From Azolla caroliniana (lineage: Eukaryota > Plantae > Polypodiophyta): a stretch of DNA of 64,000 nt. The position numbers and the translations under genes were made by a program. The DNA is taken from assembly GCA_043228905.1 (NCBI GenBank), contig JBHGNT010000016.1:11904001-11968000 (forward strand), in the 5' to 3' direction. Below the pieces are notes generated by a model. It ran no database searches. It was not told the DNA's origin and worked only from the letters and a program-made list of their open reading frames with translations. Shown here piece by piece: positions 21,527-34,999 of the stretch. Within the stretch, counting starts at the first letter, position 1, and the number at the start of each line of letters is the position of its first letter.

Positions 21527-24500
21527 AGATGAAATCGGCCGCGTAAAGTCTCATCTTGTGGCATCATTCACCATGAACGATCTAGGGGATTTTCATTACT
21601 TCCTAGGGATCAAAGTGGTCCGCACCCTCGAATGCATACTCATCAGCCAACATCACTACGTGCTGAATATGCTCTTCAAGTTCGGGATGGCAGATTGTAA
21701 GCCCATCTCGACGCCTCTCTACAGAAACGCAAAGCTTCGCCGCGATTCAGGAAAGTCGTACGACCCAACATGGTTCCGACAAATCGTCAGAAGCCTAATC
21801 TATTTGATGATCACTTAGTCAGATCTTAGTTACCCGGTCGGCATGATCAGTTAATTTATGTCGCTGCCCACGTTCTAACATTTTTAGTGGGCGCAGAGAA
21901 TATTGTGATATATCCACGGCACTAAGGACATGGTGTTGCTATATGAGGCAAGAGTAGCCGAACAAAAAGTTGGCTACACGGATGCTGATTGGGCCGGAAA
22001 TGTCAGCGATCGCAGATCAACATCAGGATACGGATTCTCATTAGGAAGTGTGGCGATCACATCGAGCAGTAAGAAACAACCAATAGTAGTCTCAATTAAA
22101 ATTCCAGAAGTCAATTCGAAAAGAATAAGTGAAAACATTGTTATTGTTGTAATAGACAAGATTATGTCTATAAATCCGGAGACCTCTACTGTGTGAGAGT
22201 AGCATGATAACCAACTACACCATCTACACCCCTTGGTCATTAGTAATTTAATAGTTTGACATGAATTTGTTAATTAAAAAAATCGATTGGCATGTCACAA
22301 TGACATTTACATAACGAATTTGTAAGATTGCCAAGTGGTACTAGGATTTACCTTATAGAAGTCTTTGTGACTACATACCATTTAGATTGAAAAAGATAGC
22401 ATGGCTGGAAACAAGAAATGAAGAATTCTTTTTGCTTTGCTTAATATATGTGGATTACTTTCAGTTAGTTTAACTTAACACTTGACTATATTGACATAAT
22501 TACGATCAACCAACCGTGGAAAGAACAATAGTTATGATTCTTGTCAATCTAAATAGCACTTCCCTTGACCAAATGTAGACTGTAACCGGAGAACTCTAAT
22601 GTGTTAGAGTAGCATGAAAATCAACTACACCATCTAAACATATCAACAATATCTATTTTTCTATCTTAATTAATCTTGTTGCAATAATGATTGAAGAATA
22701 GAGTGATTGTAAAGAATCAAGAGATGGATTCTTGTGAAGCGGAAGAGATGTGAGTTATGTGTGTGTGTAAGAGAGAGAGAGAGAGAGAGTGAAACACAGA
22801 GAATACGCAAGGTAAAAGTATATTGACAAAGGAGAAAGACTCAACATTATACAAGGTGGGAGGAGGGTGCTTTATGTAGTCACCCTCTCTCTTCATTAAC
22901 TACAAGCGTCATGGAGCATGGGGAATGTGAAAGCTCATAAGTTATGTGTCATAGAATATGATTCTATGACTCATACTAAATGTTAGAATACAAAGTGGTG
23001 ACATAATGGTGACTCTTAACTATTAGAGTGTCTCTTCACTCTCAAGGTGAGTTCACACACTAGACAAGTTGAGCTTGATTCTCAACATGCCCCCTCAAGC
23101 TCAAGTCGGGTCGGTTTCAGAAGGTATCCGAAATCCGCTTCAACTCGCGTTCTGGAGTCCGCGTCGACTCGCATTGGCTCCCTTTATGCGGAGTTGCGGA
23201 ATCCGTGCTCCAGCTTGTGTTGTGTGAAGTCTGTGCTTCGGCTTGCGTGCGTAGTTGCGAAGTCTGTGCTTCAGCTTGCGTCTTTCTTCGCGGCTTTGCG
23301 CAGTAGATCGGTTGCGGAATCCACGCATTATTGCGTAGTGTCTTCAGTACTCCCCCTCAAGCTTGGCAGGTCAGGGATCGTCAATCCGAGGTCGGCTCCT
23401 AAGGCTTTAGTGAAGATGTCGGCCATTTGAAGATTGGTGCTAATGTGTTGTAGGTCGACATCGCCAGCCAAAACGCGCTCTCGGATGAAGTGATAGTGCA
23501 CTTCGATGTGCTTTGTCTGCGTGTGGAACACTGGGTTCCAAGCTAGATAGATACTACTCATGTTGTCGCAGTAAAGGGAAGTCGGATCCTTGATGGGTAC
23601 GCCCAGATTCTTCAAAATCCTCTTGAAACACGTTCGCGTTCACAAGTGGAAGGATTGCGCATTCCACTTGTAGAATCTTCTTAAAACGAAGAAAATACAC
23701 CCTCTCTACAATAATTGGATGCACTAGTATCACATGTTCCTCAACTTGATAAGAATTTGCAAATATAAAAATACATGATAGATCTACGAGTGGAGATCAT
23801 TAGAAATCATGCAAGTTTAGACATGTTGATAAGTTAATGTATCTAAATAAAGTTCAACTATGGCTCAATATGGCACTATTATGCGACAAGGGAAACACTA
23901 ACTTAAAGACTTATATTAATTAGGTAGGTTTTACAAAAATATGAGGTGTACTTGTATCCATACTAATAAAATGAGATATAATTTATACTTTGACCCATAC
24001 GTGCATGTATGTAATTGTCGAAAATGTAGGATAGTGCACATTAGGATAAGTGATTGGAATAACTAACTTATTAAAGTATTCAATACTTATATTAAAAGTT
24101 GATCTAATCTATTCCTCAGTTTGTTCATATGGGATCAAACCATATGTGTATATAATTGTGCACAATGTAAGGCAGTGAACTTTAGGATAATGTCGTGGAA
24201 ATAACAAACCTATTAGGCTTTCATACCTGTATTTAAAATTGATCTACTCTATTGCTTAGGTGATTCACACAAGATCAAACTCCGAACGATAATGCAACTG
24301 GAACCATTATCAACACACTACACAATCTAAGCAGCAATGGAATAGAAACATAATAGTTTTAACAATATAAGACAAAGATCCATAATAACAACATGGACAG
24401 TCATGGCAATAATTATAGGGTCATGTTCTGTTAAGGTTAGCTTGGACCAAAATCAGCCTCCATTTAAGCTAGTTCATGTTTCTCCATAAGTTTGGTAGTC

Positions 24501-24673
24501 AGCTATGCACGCGGTGAAACCAATATCATAAATCTACTAATCAAGTATATAGAAATAAAATTGAAACATATAGATGATTATAAAGAATAGAATCCACTAG
24601 GTAAAACCCAAAATTTGTATTAATAATGTGAAATCTTAACAAATCGTCAGTGTCATATTCTTTATAGAGTCTA

Positions 24674-27600
24674 TTACATAGCAATCAATTCATCAACGTC
24701 ATTTTCTTCATCATCTTGTGTAGAACTGTCTTCGGCTATACGTGCATTGGTTTCCCCTGTTAGCCGAGCCAACGAAATATCTTCTATAAGCTCATCATCA
24801 AGCTCTATTAGCTCCCCCGGTTCGCCGGCTAATGGAGGAATAGGCTCTCGCGAAGCAGGTTGAAACCTTTCTGTATTGGCGAGGTTCTTTGCACCGACCT
24901 CCTCATCCTGGTCTGGGCACTCCCACAAAGCCTTAATCCGCATATTAATAAATATAACTTGGTCCTCGTCCTTCTCCAATGCAACTGTATTTCTAAACAG
25001 CTTCAATGCACATGCTGACGTAGTTCCTATGATGTAAGTGACAAGAAGATTTAGTTGTCAAACGAAAAAAAGTGATTGGTTATCTCAAGATCGTTACCCT
25101 AGTTCGAGGAATACCTGTGCCAGAAAAGAGATCTAATATCCAGTCTCCTTCAACAGAAAACATCTCGATCAAGCGCATCATAAGTCGTTGAGGTTTTTGG
25201 TATGGGTTGACAAGTCCCCGTTCTGTCGTGGTGACATGTCGCAATTTCCGAGTCACTGCTGGATATACCAATAGATTTGAACCTCCCACTTCATTAGAAT
25301 GCTCTTTGATTCTCTGTTTTTTAATTTCATCGAAGTAGCCAACCGTTATGTATTCAATGGCATTAACGAACCGAAAAGTTGGCCCTCTATTTACATTGGT
25401 CTTGATCCTATAAAAAATAATTCATCGAGTTAAGAATAGATTCAACAACCTTAAGAATTGCAATATAATGAAAGACACCTATAAATAATCCTTACCATGC
25501 AAGGTTCTCGATGCCATGGCAACGAGATCTCAAAGCTTGAGCTACCGAGTACCCTTGGTCCATACTATGAAAAACAACTATTCACCACAAGGATGTGGTC
25601 GTTAGCTCAGCGAAATCCTTGACCATCTTCTCCAATTGTTTAAACCTAAACGGTTCATCGTCGTATGATGACCCAGCCATTCGAAATCCGTAAGGAATAT
25701 CCGCAATCATTAGCGTATATTCCTTCTTTGGCACCTTCTGGATCAAGTCGATGACATCACCGCAAACCACATTGTAGTAAAGATCTCTCGTAATATCTTT
25801 TTTGTGGCTAAATTTTTTAAACGAGCCATCTTCCTCCATTTCGTACGCCTTGACTAAGCGACGATCCTTTTCTTTTCTGGCTCGCTCGAGATGTGCAAGG
25901 AAGGATGTAGGGAAATCGTGTATATCCTTAACTTCTCCTTGTTTCTTGCCTCGACACGGTTTCTAATAGAAGCAATAGGACATCAGGTATTATTATACAA
26001 GCTCTACATATCATGAAAGGGTAATGAAAAAACATCAATACTAACCCAATCCTTGAATGCAATAAAATACTCTGATAACGCCTTATACGAAGACGTTAGA
26101 GGATAATCCTCGGTCACTTGTTCCCAAGTTATACATCCAAGTTGTTTCATCATTACTTCTTGGATCTTCATGTACACCTTATGACTGTAAAATTAGAAAT
26201 CAAGATTAGAACTTTGAATTACACCAGATAGACTACAATTTCAGTATTTGAAAGACTTACTTATTGAACTCAGTGACCATTTCTTCAAGGCTTAAATCTT
26301 TTGCCACAACCCTTGACAAAACCGACACAAGAAGCTGCTCGTCCTTAATACCTTGCATCGCTCTCCATAGAGACAGCTTCATGTCGTCTGCCGCTTCTTC
26401 AATTGTCAAGTCAATTTTCTTGGCGGCTTGTGACTTTAATTCTAGTTGAGGGTCAACCCTACATTTCTTTTGTCGTTGACCCTTTACCTCCTTATTCTCC
26501 CACATTGAGAATATTTGATCTTGGAGGTCCCATACTTCTCCATCTCTAAACGCCAATTGAAACCAAGATTCATACTTTCGAAGACCATCGGACCTAACAT
26601 TATCATCTACCACAATGCCGACTTCATGTAGACATTGACGTCGAAGGCCTGGATGTAACTTCACACCAAACTTTTGTTTCACATCTAAATACTCGTGGTG
26701 GAAGAACCGTATACGCTCAATAGACGACATTTTCTGCCTATAGTCATTATCATTATTATGGTCCCATGCCAACAGCTTACCCTCTTCGGTTGTGAGCCCA
26801 ACATAAATTTTGCACTCGGCATACTTGAAGAAGAAAGTGGTTGGATGTTCTCTCACAAGTTGCCGACGTGCCTCTGCTGAATGCAATCCACCAATGACAA
26901 AATAATTATATTGATCATGCTTTCTGATATCAAAATCTTCAATGGTTTCACATTCTTCAGGATCCACCATAACAATAAAAGGCACCACTGTGGCATGAGG
27001 ATTAATTTTCATTTTTTTCTTGAGATTTTGAACATGCATGCGATGAGGCTCTCTAATCTCAAGTGGTCTTCGACCTGTTTTTTCATCAATAGGGGGCCGA
27101 TGGATGTGTGTTATAGGCAAATTAAATACTTGCCCTTTCCTGACCAGCTTCCGTTGCATTAACTCTCTCCTTATTTTATTCTGCTCGGATGACAAGACAC
27201 CCGAGGCCAGCTCGGCTCCTGGCGTCCCCTTATTATCCTCTTCTTCATTTTCACTTGTCGAATCCGTATCCGACATTTTCGTTGTCTTCTTCTTGGCTGG
27301 TCTTGACTGGACTTTGGATACCTTTTTTGTGGCCTTCAAGTGGGAGGGCTCTTCATCTCTTAGAGTTACATGGCCTTGTATATAAGGCCTCAAGGTAACA
27401 ATCAGGTTTTGTGAGTTATCAAGTGCTTTATTGAACACTTCAGGCCCACAAGATTCCTTTACTAAAAGGTCTTCTGAAAGGAACACTTTGCGTACCCCCT
27501 TGGAGCACTCTATCATTACCAGTATGTTGGCCGAATCTGCATCTTCGTAGTCAAATCGTAGAATTCGGCCATACATAAATGGAGTTTCTTTTCCTAGCTG

Positions 27601-28892
27601 CCCCTCACCCTTCTTCTTTGTTGTATACAATACGACTTTTTTCTTTGAGTCGACATATTGCATACACCATTCCTTGTCCGTTAGATCTCGGTTAGGAAGG
27701 TCTTCGCCTCCAGTAGCGGCGACAAGTTTCATTTGGCTTACATCACTATGTGGCTGAGATTTTGTCTCTTCGTTAAAGAGAAGCTTTTTTCCTCTCTTCA
27801 TGGTCACAGGAGTTACCTTGGTCTGGGCTTCGATTGGAGAACCTTGTATGCGAAGCTTAATTTTCTTCACGGGTCGGTCTGACAGGTTCTCAAACGACCT
27901 ATTTAAGAAAGTATATGCAAAAACATAAGTTAGACAGTCACGTAGATTGAAGTTGTATATTATAATAAAGAACAGTTTCCAGGAGCAGTAACATATTCAA
28001 AAATCTATTATAGGCAGGGATATTCAACCTAGAAAATATATATCGTAATAAGTAAAACGGGTTATATATTCTTTTAAATAGTAGGTATGACTTATATAGA
28101 TTCTAAACCTATATTGAGGAGAATTTGCCATAGTGAAGGCAATTTGTAGATCATTTTCTACTATTTTAAGCTAAAGTAGGTCATAAAACACCTATAATTA
28201 GAGCATGTATTTGTTTAAAAGTAAGTAAACTCAACATTAAAAAGACTGATTTTGCCAGACAATTTGATATCATTTCCACCCCATAAACGATTTTTCTCTC
28301 TCAAAGCCTTCTTATATACAGGGACTCGATACGGCGTATCGAGTTCGTGTTTAAAACCTACACTTTAAACACGAACTCGATACGGCGTATCGAGTTCGTG
28401 TTTAAAGTTTGAATTTTAAACACGAACTCGATACGGCGTATCGAGTTCGTGTTTAAAACCTACACTTTAAACACGAACTCGATACGGCGTATCGAGTTCG
28501 TGTTTAAAACCTACACTTTAAACCGGAACTCGATACGCCGTATCGAGTTCGTGTTTAAAACCTACACTTTAAACATGAACTCGATACGACGTATCGAGTT
28601 CATGTATACAATACAAATATTTATACACGAACTCGATACGGCGTATCGAGTTCGTGTTTAAGTCCTACACTTTAACCATGAACTCGATACGGCGTATCGA
28701 GTTCCGGTTTAAAGTGTAGGTTTTAAACACGAACTCGATACGCCGTATCGAGTTCGTGTATAAATATTTGTATTGTATACATGAACTCGATACGCCGTAT
28801 CGAGTTCTTGAGAAACGAAACATATTTATAAAAATGTCCACAGTGTCAGAGGCCTACCTGGAGTCCTCGCGCTCGATTCTCTTGGAAGACAT
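24674..28892 (-). pseudogene. ParB/Srx-like + beta-class amino-methyltransferase fusion gene, copy 2
   Basis: Exons 28892-28858, 27898-26261, 26184-26046, 25962-25496, 25407-25115, 25026-24674; same TGA at 25582-25584. Confidence 0.85.
28322..28807. repeat. Array of 10 x 25-bp palindromes with 26-27-bp spacers (51-52 bp period)
   Basis: Units start at 28322, 28373, 28424, 28475, 28526, 28577, 28629, 28680, 28731 and 28783. Confidence 0.95.
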
Positions 28893-29714
28893 GGTTGATC
28901 GTGTTGAAGTGGAGGCGGAGATCGCGCTTTCGTGCTTTGTGTTCTGAGTGCTTTGTGTGCTCTGTGTGCTCTCTGCGTTCTGTGTGCTCTGTACGCTCTG
29001 TACGCTCTGGTGAGTGAAATATGATGAGGTCTTCCTATTTATAGGGATTGAACCCATGGTTAAAGTAACCATAGTCACCTTAACCAATATTGGTAACTTT
29101 GAGGATAGTTAGTTTGTAACCATAGTCACATTAACTATAGTAACTTATGATTGTATTAATGATTACAAAGTCAAACTAACATATTGATCAATCTTTTATA
29201 CTCATAACAACCTACAATCACTTCAAAGGTTATGAAGGAGACAATGATAGAGGTTCATGAATGTACCAATGATTGATTACTAAAAGCAACATTTTTTTTG
29301 ACTCTCAAATGTTATGTATTAAAGATGTGGGCATGAATTAACCAATGATTGATAAGTCTAATATTTAAAATGGTGAGCATTAAAGAACCAATGAGTGAGA
29401 CGTTCTATATCAAAATGGGTGTCATTAATTAGCCAATGATTTTAACATTAATCCAACATATTCAAGGCTTGTTAATGATTAGTTTTATATTTTACTTGAT
29501 TTAACATCATTTAAATCTAGTTTATATAATGATTGATAATTTAAGTTAAATTACTTTATTAAAAATAATTTTTAGATGTATTGTATTAATAGAATATTAC
29601 ATAATATAGACATTCTATTGATTTGGCTTTTGTTTAGAGAGAAGTTTATGTTTAGGGAGGAGTATATGGTTAGAGAGGAGTATAACTTAGAGAGCCCTAT
29701 CTAGACCTTAAGCC

Positions 29715-32495
29715 ATGAGTGAAGATTCACCGTTCTCGATTGAAGAATATTGTTTGTCATCAGACCCATCGTTTTCTACTGAAGAGTATTGTTTGTCAAC
29801 AGAGTCACCATATTCGATTGAAGAATATTGTCTTTCGACCGACTCACCATATTCTATCGAAGAATATTGTCTGAGCTCATCTACAGGGAATGTAAATAAT
29901 GACACATGTGAAGAGTTCTCTATTGAAGAATACGATATTAATAAAGATACTGAGAATGAAGGAAGTGCCCAGGAAACATTGAATAACATTGGCGATGGTC
30001 AGAACAGAGAATTAGACTGTAACAAGGTTACACCGACCTCTATGCAGGAAGAGAAATCTGGGAGCCCTATGCATATTAGAAGAATCCCACGAAGAATTCG
30101 TCTGGCTAGATTTAGCTTGGTGACATCAGATAAACAGATTGGATTTGATGTCAACAAAATATGTTGTGCCCGTGGTTGTATGTCTATGATTGGAAAATCA
30201 AAGTTGCGAGAATTAAGGCGATACTATTTTTCGATGACCGGTGATGAGCAAGACACTTACCTCGGATCACATATGCAACTAGTATCTGACAAATGTACGG
30301 GGATCAAAGTATCATTCGAGTATTATATCTTCCATGCGCAACAGATATGTAGAGTTGCATTCAAAATTGTGTTATGTGTTAGTAACATGCGGCTACATAG
30401 AGTACAACAACGTCTACTTAGCGGGGATCAGATGCTCAATTGTAAAGAGGTTCCAAGTATGAAAGGTGCAATTGGAAGACTAGCTATTGGCTGGATGAAA
30501 ACTTACTTTCAGTTAAATTGGGAAGTAATGCCCACTACAGGTAGGATGCATCTTTCTGATAATTATACCCGTCGGGAAGTTTATGATGTCTATCGATCTG
30601 AAATGCTGGGCTCACGTAATAAGTCTATCACCTATAGCCAATTCACAAGATTATGGAGAGCTCGGTTTTCAAATGTTATTATTCCTCGTAAAGTACGTAT
30701 GGGTTATTGCTCCATTTGTGCAAATCTTAAAAGTTTGGCTAAAGGTGCAAAGACATCAATGGAAAAGGATACGAGTAAGAAGTTACTACAAGAGCATCGT
30801 GAGGCACAATCCTTAGAACGAAGGAAGGCGATGCATCATAGAGAGAAGTGTTTGAAGAGGCCTGAACAATACATGTGCTTAATGATAGATGGCATGGACC
30901 AGAAGAAGACATGCTTGCCGCATATGCGGAGGCTCCCCAAAGATGTCAATGATGAGTGCCTTGTTCAAATGCACTTGGTGGGATGCTTGGCTTATAATAG
31001 GTCTGTTCGACCTCACGTCTTCATTACTTACCCCAATGTTCACAATGACCCTAACCTAATAGTTATAGTGATTCACCGAGTTTTGATGTCTTGGGGACAA
31101 CCTTTCCCCCCTGTTCTATACATTCAATTGGACAATACTGCTAGAGAGAACAAAAATTCAACTGTATTTGGCTATCTAAGTATGTTGGTCAACCTAGAAT
31201 TGTTTAGGAAAGTGAAAGTCAATTTCCTTTTGGTTGGCCACACACATGACCATATAGATCAGATGTTTAGCACATTCTCCAGACAGTTGTCTCGGCATGA
31301 TGCTTTCACTTTACCTAAACTATTTGATGTCATTTGTGATGCATATACACCACGCCCAAAAGTGTTACACTTGAAGGAGGTATATGACTTTAAGAGATAT
31401 ATATTAGATGGGGGTGGTGGGAATGTTAAAGTGCTTGCTCAGTTAAACAATATAAGTTTCAATCACATTTTTTTGATAAAGAAAAATGGAATAAGTGGTT
31501 CTACACTTTTGTATGCTAAACAATATTCATCTTCTACAACATGGGAACCTGAAGGTGGTTGCCAGTTATTACTTTGTATGCCGAGTACAATTGTCCATGG
31601 AGCTAAGCAAATGCCAATTGAGAAGAAAGGACAGTTGCAGAGCGACTTGGTATTAGAACAAAAACGGTCATGGCTCCAAGCCTTAGAAGAAAAAAGAAAG
31701 CATATTGAGGCCGCCAAGAAATATGCCGCACAACAAGACACGTCATGGTGGGATGTGTTTTATAGTGATCAGAAAGAAATTATAGACAATTGTGTATCTG
31801 TTGATAATTGGAATTTGGAAACGCCATTCACATGGTCGCTGCAACATGATCGCGTAAATAGAAGTCCGGAGCGACTAGTAAATGCGATTAATGACAGCTT
31901 GGTCCATCCACAACAAAGAGACATTTATGTGGGACCAAGGATGACCAAAGCAGCCGAAGCTAGATGGCAAGGAAATTTGCAAGAGCTCACTGCGGGGATG
32001 TTGATTGCAACGCCGGCTGATGAGAACTCACATGGCCACCAATTTTGGGTTGGTAAAATTCTAGAAGTGCTAATGCATGAAATAGAAAACACGATCAAGT
32101 CTATAAATGTTCATTGGTACAACACTAGAAGTGCAAATGCTTTTACAGGTAAGTATACATTGGAGATGATTGAATGCCAAACAAGAAGGGGAGGTAGGAA
32201 GAGGAAGCGAAACATTCGTAACACCTCGACCCTTGATATCTCTGATGTGGATATCATCGTGTACGACTTCACACTTACAAAAGCCGGACGATTAAGGAAG
32301 TCAACAATAGATATAATAAAAGAAAAATTACCAGGTCTACAAGGTGGCTCGAGTCAAAGGCAAACGAGATCTGCTACATATAATCTAGAGTCAAACCATT
32401 TGGTTTATGACGAAGATAATGCACTGATTGGTACATCCGAGGATGATGAGGAGGAATCGTCATTGTATATTAGTTATAGTAGTGATTCTCCGTAA
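29715..32495 (+). CDS. Sola1-like DDD transposase (926 aa), copy 2
   Basis: Translation identical to 15486-18266. Confidence 0.8.
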   Translation: MSEDSPFSIEEYCLSSDPSFSTEEYCLSTESPYSIEEYCLSTDSPYSIEEYCLSSSTGNVNNDTCEEFSIEEYDINKDTENEGSAQETLNNIGDGQNRELDCNKVTPTSMQEEKSGSPMHIRRIPRRIRLARFSLVTSDKQIGFDVNKICCARGCMSMIGKSKLRELRRYYFSMTGDEQDTYLGSHMQLVSDKCTGIKVSFEYYIFHAQQICRVAFKIVLCVSNMRLHRVQQRLLSGDQMLNCKEVPSMKGAIGRLAIGWMKTYFQLNWEVMPTTGRMHLSDNYTRREVYDVYRSEMLGSRNKSITYSQFTRLWRARFSNVIIPRKVRMGYCSICANLKSLAKGAKTSMEKDTSKKLLQEHREAQSLERRKAMHHREKCLKRPEQYMCLMIDGMDQKKTCLPHMRRLPKDVNDECLVQMHLVGCLAYNRSVRPHVFITYPNVHNDPNLIVIVIHRVLMSWGQPFPPVLYIQLDNTARENKNSTVFGYLSMLVNLELFRKVKVNFLLVGHTHDHIDQMFSTFSRQLSRHDAFTLPKLFDVICDAYTPRPKVLHLKEVYDFKRYILDGGGGNVKVLAQLNNISFNHIFLIKKNGISGSTLLYAKQYSSSTTWEPEGGCQLLLCMPSTIVHGAKQMPIEKKGQLQSDLVLEQKRSWLQALEEKRKHIEAAKKYAAQQDTSWWDVFYSDQKEIIDNCVSVDNWNLETPFTWSLQHDRVNRSPERLVNAINDSLVHPQQRDIYVGPRMTKAAEARWQGNLQELTAGMLIATPADENSHGHQFWVGKILEVLMHEIENTIKSINVHWYNTRSANAFTGKYTLEMIECQTRRGGRKRKRNIRNTSTLDISDVDIIVYDFTLTKAGRLRKSTIDIIKEKLPGLQGGSSQRQTRSATYNLESNHLVYDEDNALIGTSEDDEEESSLYISYSSDSP

Positions 32496-32853
32496 AGGAG
32501 TGATCATGAATGTATATTTGGCTATTAAGTGTAACTACATTCCGCTTGTAACAAATCGAGTAATATAAAATCATGTGTTTTGAATTCTTATGATTTCCCA
32601 AAAATCGTTTCTTATAAAATAACATTGGTTGTAAAGTTTGTGATATAAATTGAGAATGTATCTTTTTGAAATTCGTCTTTTTTTAGTTACTTCTAAATCA
32701 CGAAAATAGTGGATTTTTAACCTTTTTCATAGTATGTTTGAACTTGTATGATACTGGTATCAATGTGTTTTGTAAAATCATTGAAAAACCCCTAAAATTT
32801 CCCTTATCCTTCCATTTATGCGTGATCCTTCCACTTGTGAACACGAACGTGTT

Positions 32854-34749
32854 TTGAGCCATACGGCTTCACACGCAGCTACGGCTGCGCCCTTGTATTA
32901 TGCCTCCGTACTCGAAAGAGCGACGGTAGGCTGCTTCTTGCTACTCTAGGATATTGCTCTACTGCCGAGGGAGAAAACAAATCTAGAGGTTGATCTTCTA
33001 TCAGCTTTGTAGCCGGCCCAATCGGCGTCTGTGTACCCCTCGAGTCGTATTGGCATCGCGGTCTTGTAGAGGATGCCGCAATCCATTGTGCCACTGATGT
33101 AGCGTAGAACTCGCTTAGCGCAATCCGAGTGAGTATCACGTGGTGTTTGCATGAATTGGCTGAGGAGACCAACCGGATAATTGAGATCGGGTCGTGTGAT
33201 CGTGACGTAGATGAGACTCCCGATGAGTTGCCGATATTGAGTCGGCTCACACGCTTTGGTGCCGGAGTTCGCATCTAGTTTGAGATTATGATCGAGCGGG
33301 GTTGCCACGGATTTGCACTCAGCCATCCCGAACTTGTATAACAAGATGAGGATGTAGTGTCGTTGAGAGATCATGATTCCAGCCGGAGTTTGAATTACCT
33401 CAATGCCGAGGAAGTAGTGGAGCTCCTTCATGTCTGTCATCTCGAACTTGTCGGAAAGGAGGGATTTGACTTTATTGATTTCGACGAGATGCTCACCTCC
33501 AATGACTAGGTCATCCACATATAAAATGATGACGATCGGACTTGCGGAATCGCTTCGTATGTAGAGGGAGTTGTCTGATTTTGACATACGGAAGCCGATT
33601 TGATGAAGATACGCGGTGCTTGCTTGAGGCCGTAGAGTGACTTCTTGAGTCGGCAAACAACTTTCGGATGGGTGCTCGAGTTGAAGCTGGGTGGTTGGAT
33701 CATGTACACCTCCTCTTCTAATTCGCCTTGTAGAAAGGCGTTCTTGACATCCATTTGATGGAGGTGCCACCCTTTTGCTGCGGCAATCGCAATTATGGTC
33801 CGCACCGTCGTCATCTTTGCCACTGGGGCAAAGGTCTCTTTGTAGTGGACACCATGCGTCTGAGCGTATCCTTTCACTACGAGTCGAGCTTTGTAGCGGT
33901 TTACGGAGCCATCGGCGTTATACTTCACCTTGTAGATCCATCTGCATCCGATCGCCTTTTTGTGTGGTGAGGTGGGAACGAGATTCCACGTCTCGTTCTT
34001 TCGTAGTGCCTGCATCTCCTCGTTCATTGCTTCGATCCATCGCGGCTCCCTCGCGGTGTCCGAAAAAGTTTCCGGCTCCCATACTGTCGCTACCTTCATC
34101 ATAAAGGCATAATGGTACGCTATATAATCGTTGTAGCCGAATCGGCTTACGAGGTTCTTTTCATGAGTGGATCAGCAGAGCTTTTCATTTGCACAGATGA
34201 GGGCTTTCTTAGCTCCGATTGGTACCTCGAAACCGCCGAACTCACTCATCGTCGTTGAAGTGATCATCTTCGTATTCCGACATTTTCGCCTTGCCTTTGT
34301 CCATCTTCGGGCTAGGCCGTGATGTGCTTTGATCGCTCAAAGGCTCTTGTGGTCCCCTGAATCGAGTCGTGATCGGACTTTCTTCGAATATGCGCATAAG
34401 GCGTTCTTCATCCTCGATCTCTTGTTCGGCGAATTCTGGGTCCATCGGAGTCGGAGTTGGAGTTGTCTCTGGTGCGTACCAGGATGCGGACTCGTCAAAA
34501 ACGACGTTTCGACTTACTCGAGATTTTCGAGTTAAGGGGTTGTAGCACTTGTACCCCTTTTGCTCCAATGAGTATCCTACGACGATACATTTCTCCAACT
34601 TCGGGTCAAGCTTTTGACGCTTCTCGTCGGGGATGTGCACGTACGCTATCGTGCTGAATATCCGGATGTGCGATAAGTCCGGCTTCTTTCCGAAGTATTT
34701 TTCGTGCGGAGTGACCTCGTGCACGCCGGATGTTGTGCACCGGTTCATT
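32854..34749 (-). mobile_element. Copia RT/INT region (duplicate of 18625-20520)
   Basis: Identical ORFs 32946-34748; its RNase H and 3' LTR lie at 22708-23626. Confidence 0.9.
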
Positions 34750-34999
34750 AGGGTTTAGGGGGAGAGAGAGAGAGAGAGAGAGACAACGTATAAATTATAT
34801 TTCAATAGCAACAGTTACAAAAATAACAACCAACCTTTACTAAAGGTTACAAAGTCACTTTATATGGTGACTATCCTAGGGCAACTGCCCTTTATGCTAT
34901 TTACATAAATGACCCAAACTTAGGCTGTCCAAAGGGACAATGTGAATACAGCCATTATACACTCGTATTCGACAAACTTAACTCTGACAAAGGTAGGGG

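Larger units (their letters stand above)
23627..32853. mobile_element. TIR DNA transposon (Sola1-like), copy 2 (9227 bp)
   Basis: Same TIRs; TSD TTGA at 23623-23626 and 32854-32857. Confidence 0.92.

Noticed and set aside
20895-21818. 307-aa integrase-RT fusion ORF
   Set aside because: Artefact of reading through the N gap; joins a Gypsy integrase to a Copia RT fragment.
28449-28661. 70-aa repetitive ORF
   Set aside because: Translation of the 51-bp repeat; absent from copy 1.
28322-28807. CRISPR array
   Set aside because: Spacers are not unique (a few related types and their reverse complements), there are no cas genes, and the array lies in a spliceosomal intron of a eukaryotic transposon.
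23627-32853. Second independent transposition event
   Set aside because: Flanks and TSD are identical to copy 1, so it belongs to the gap-flanking duplication.
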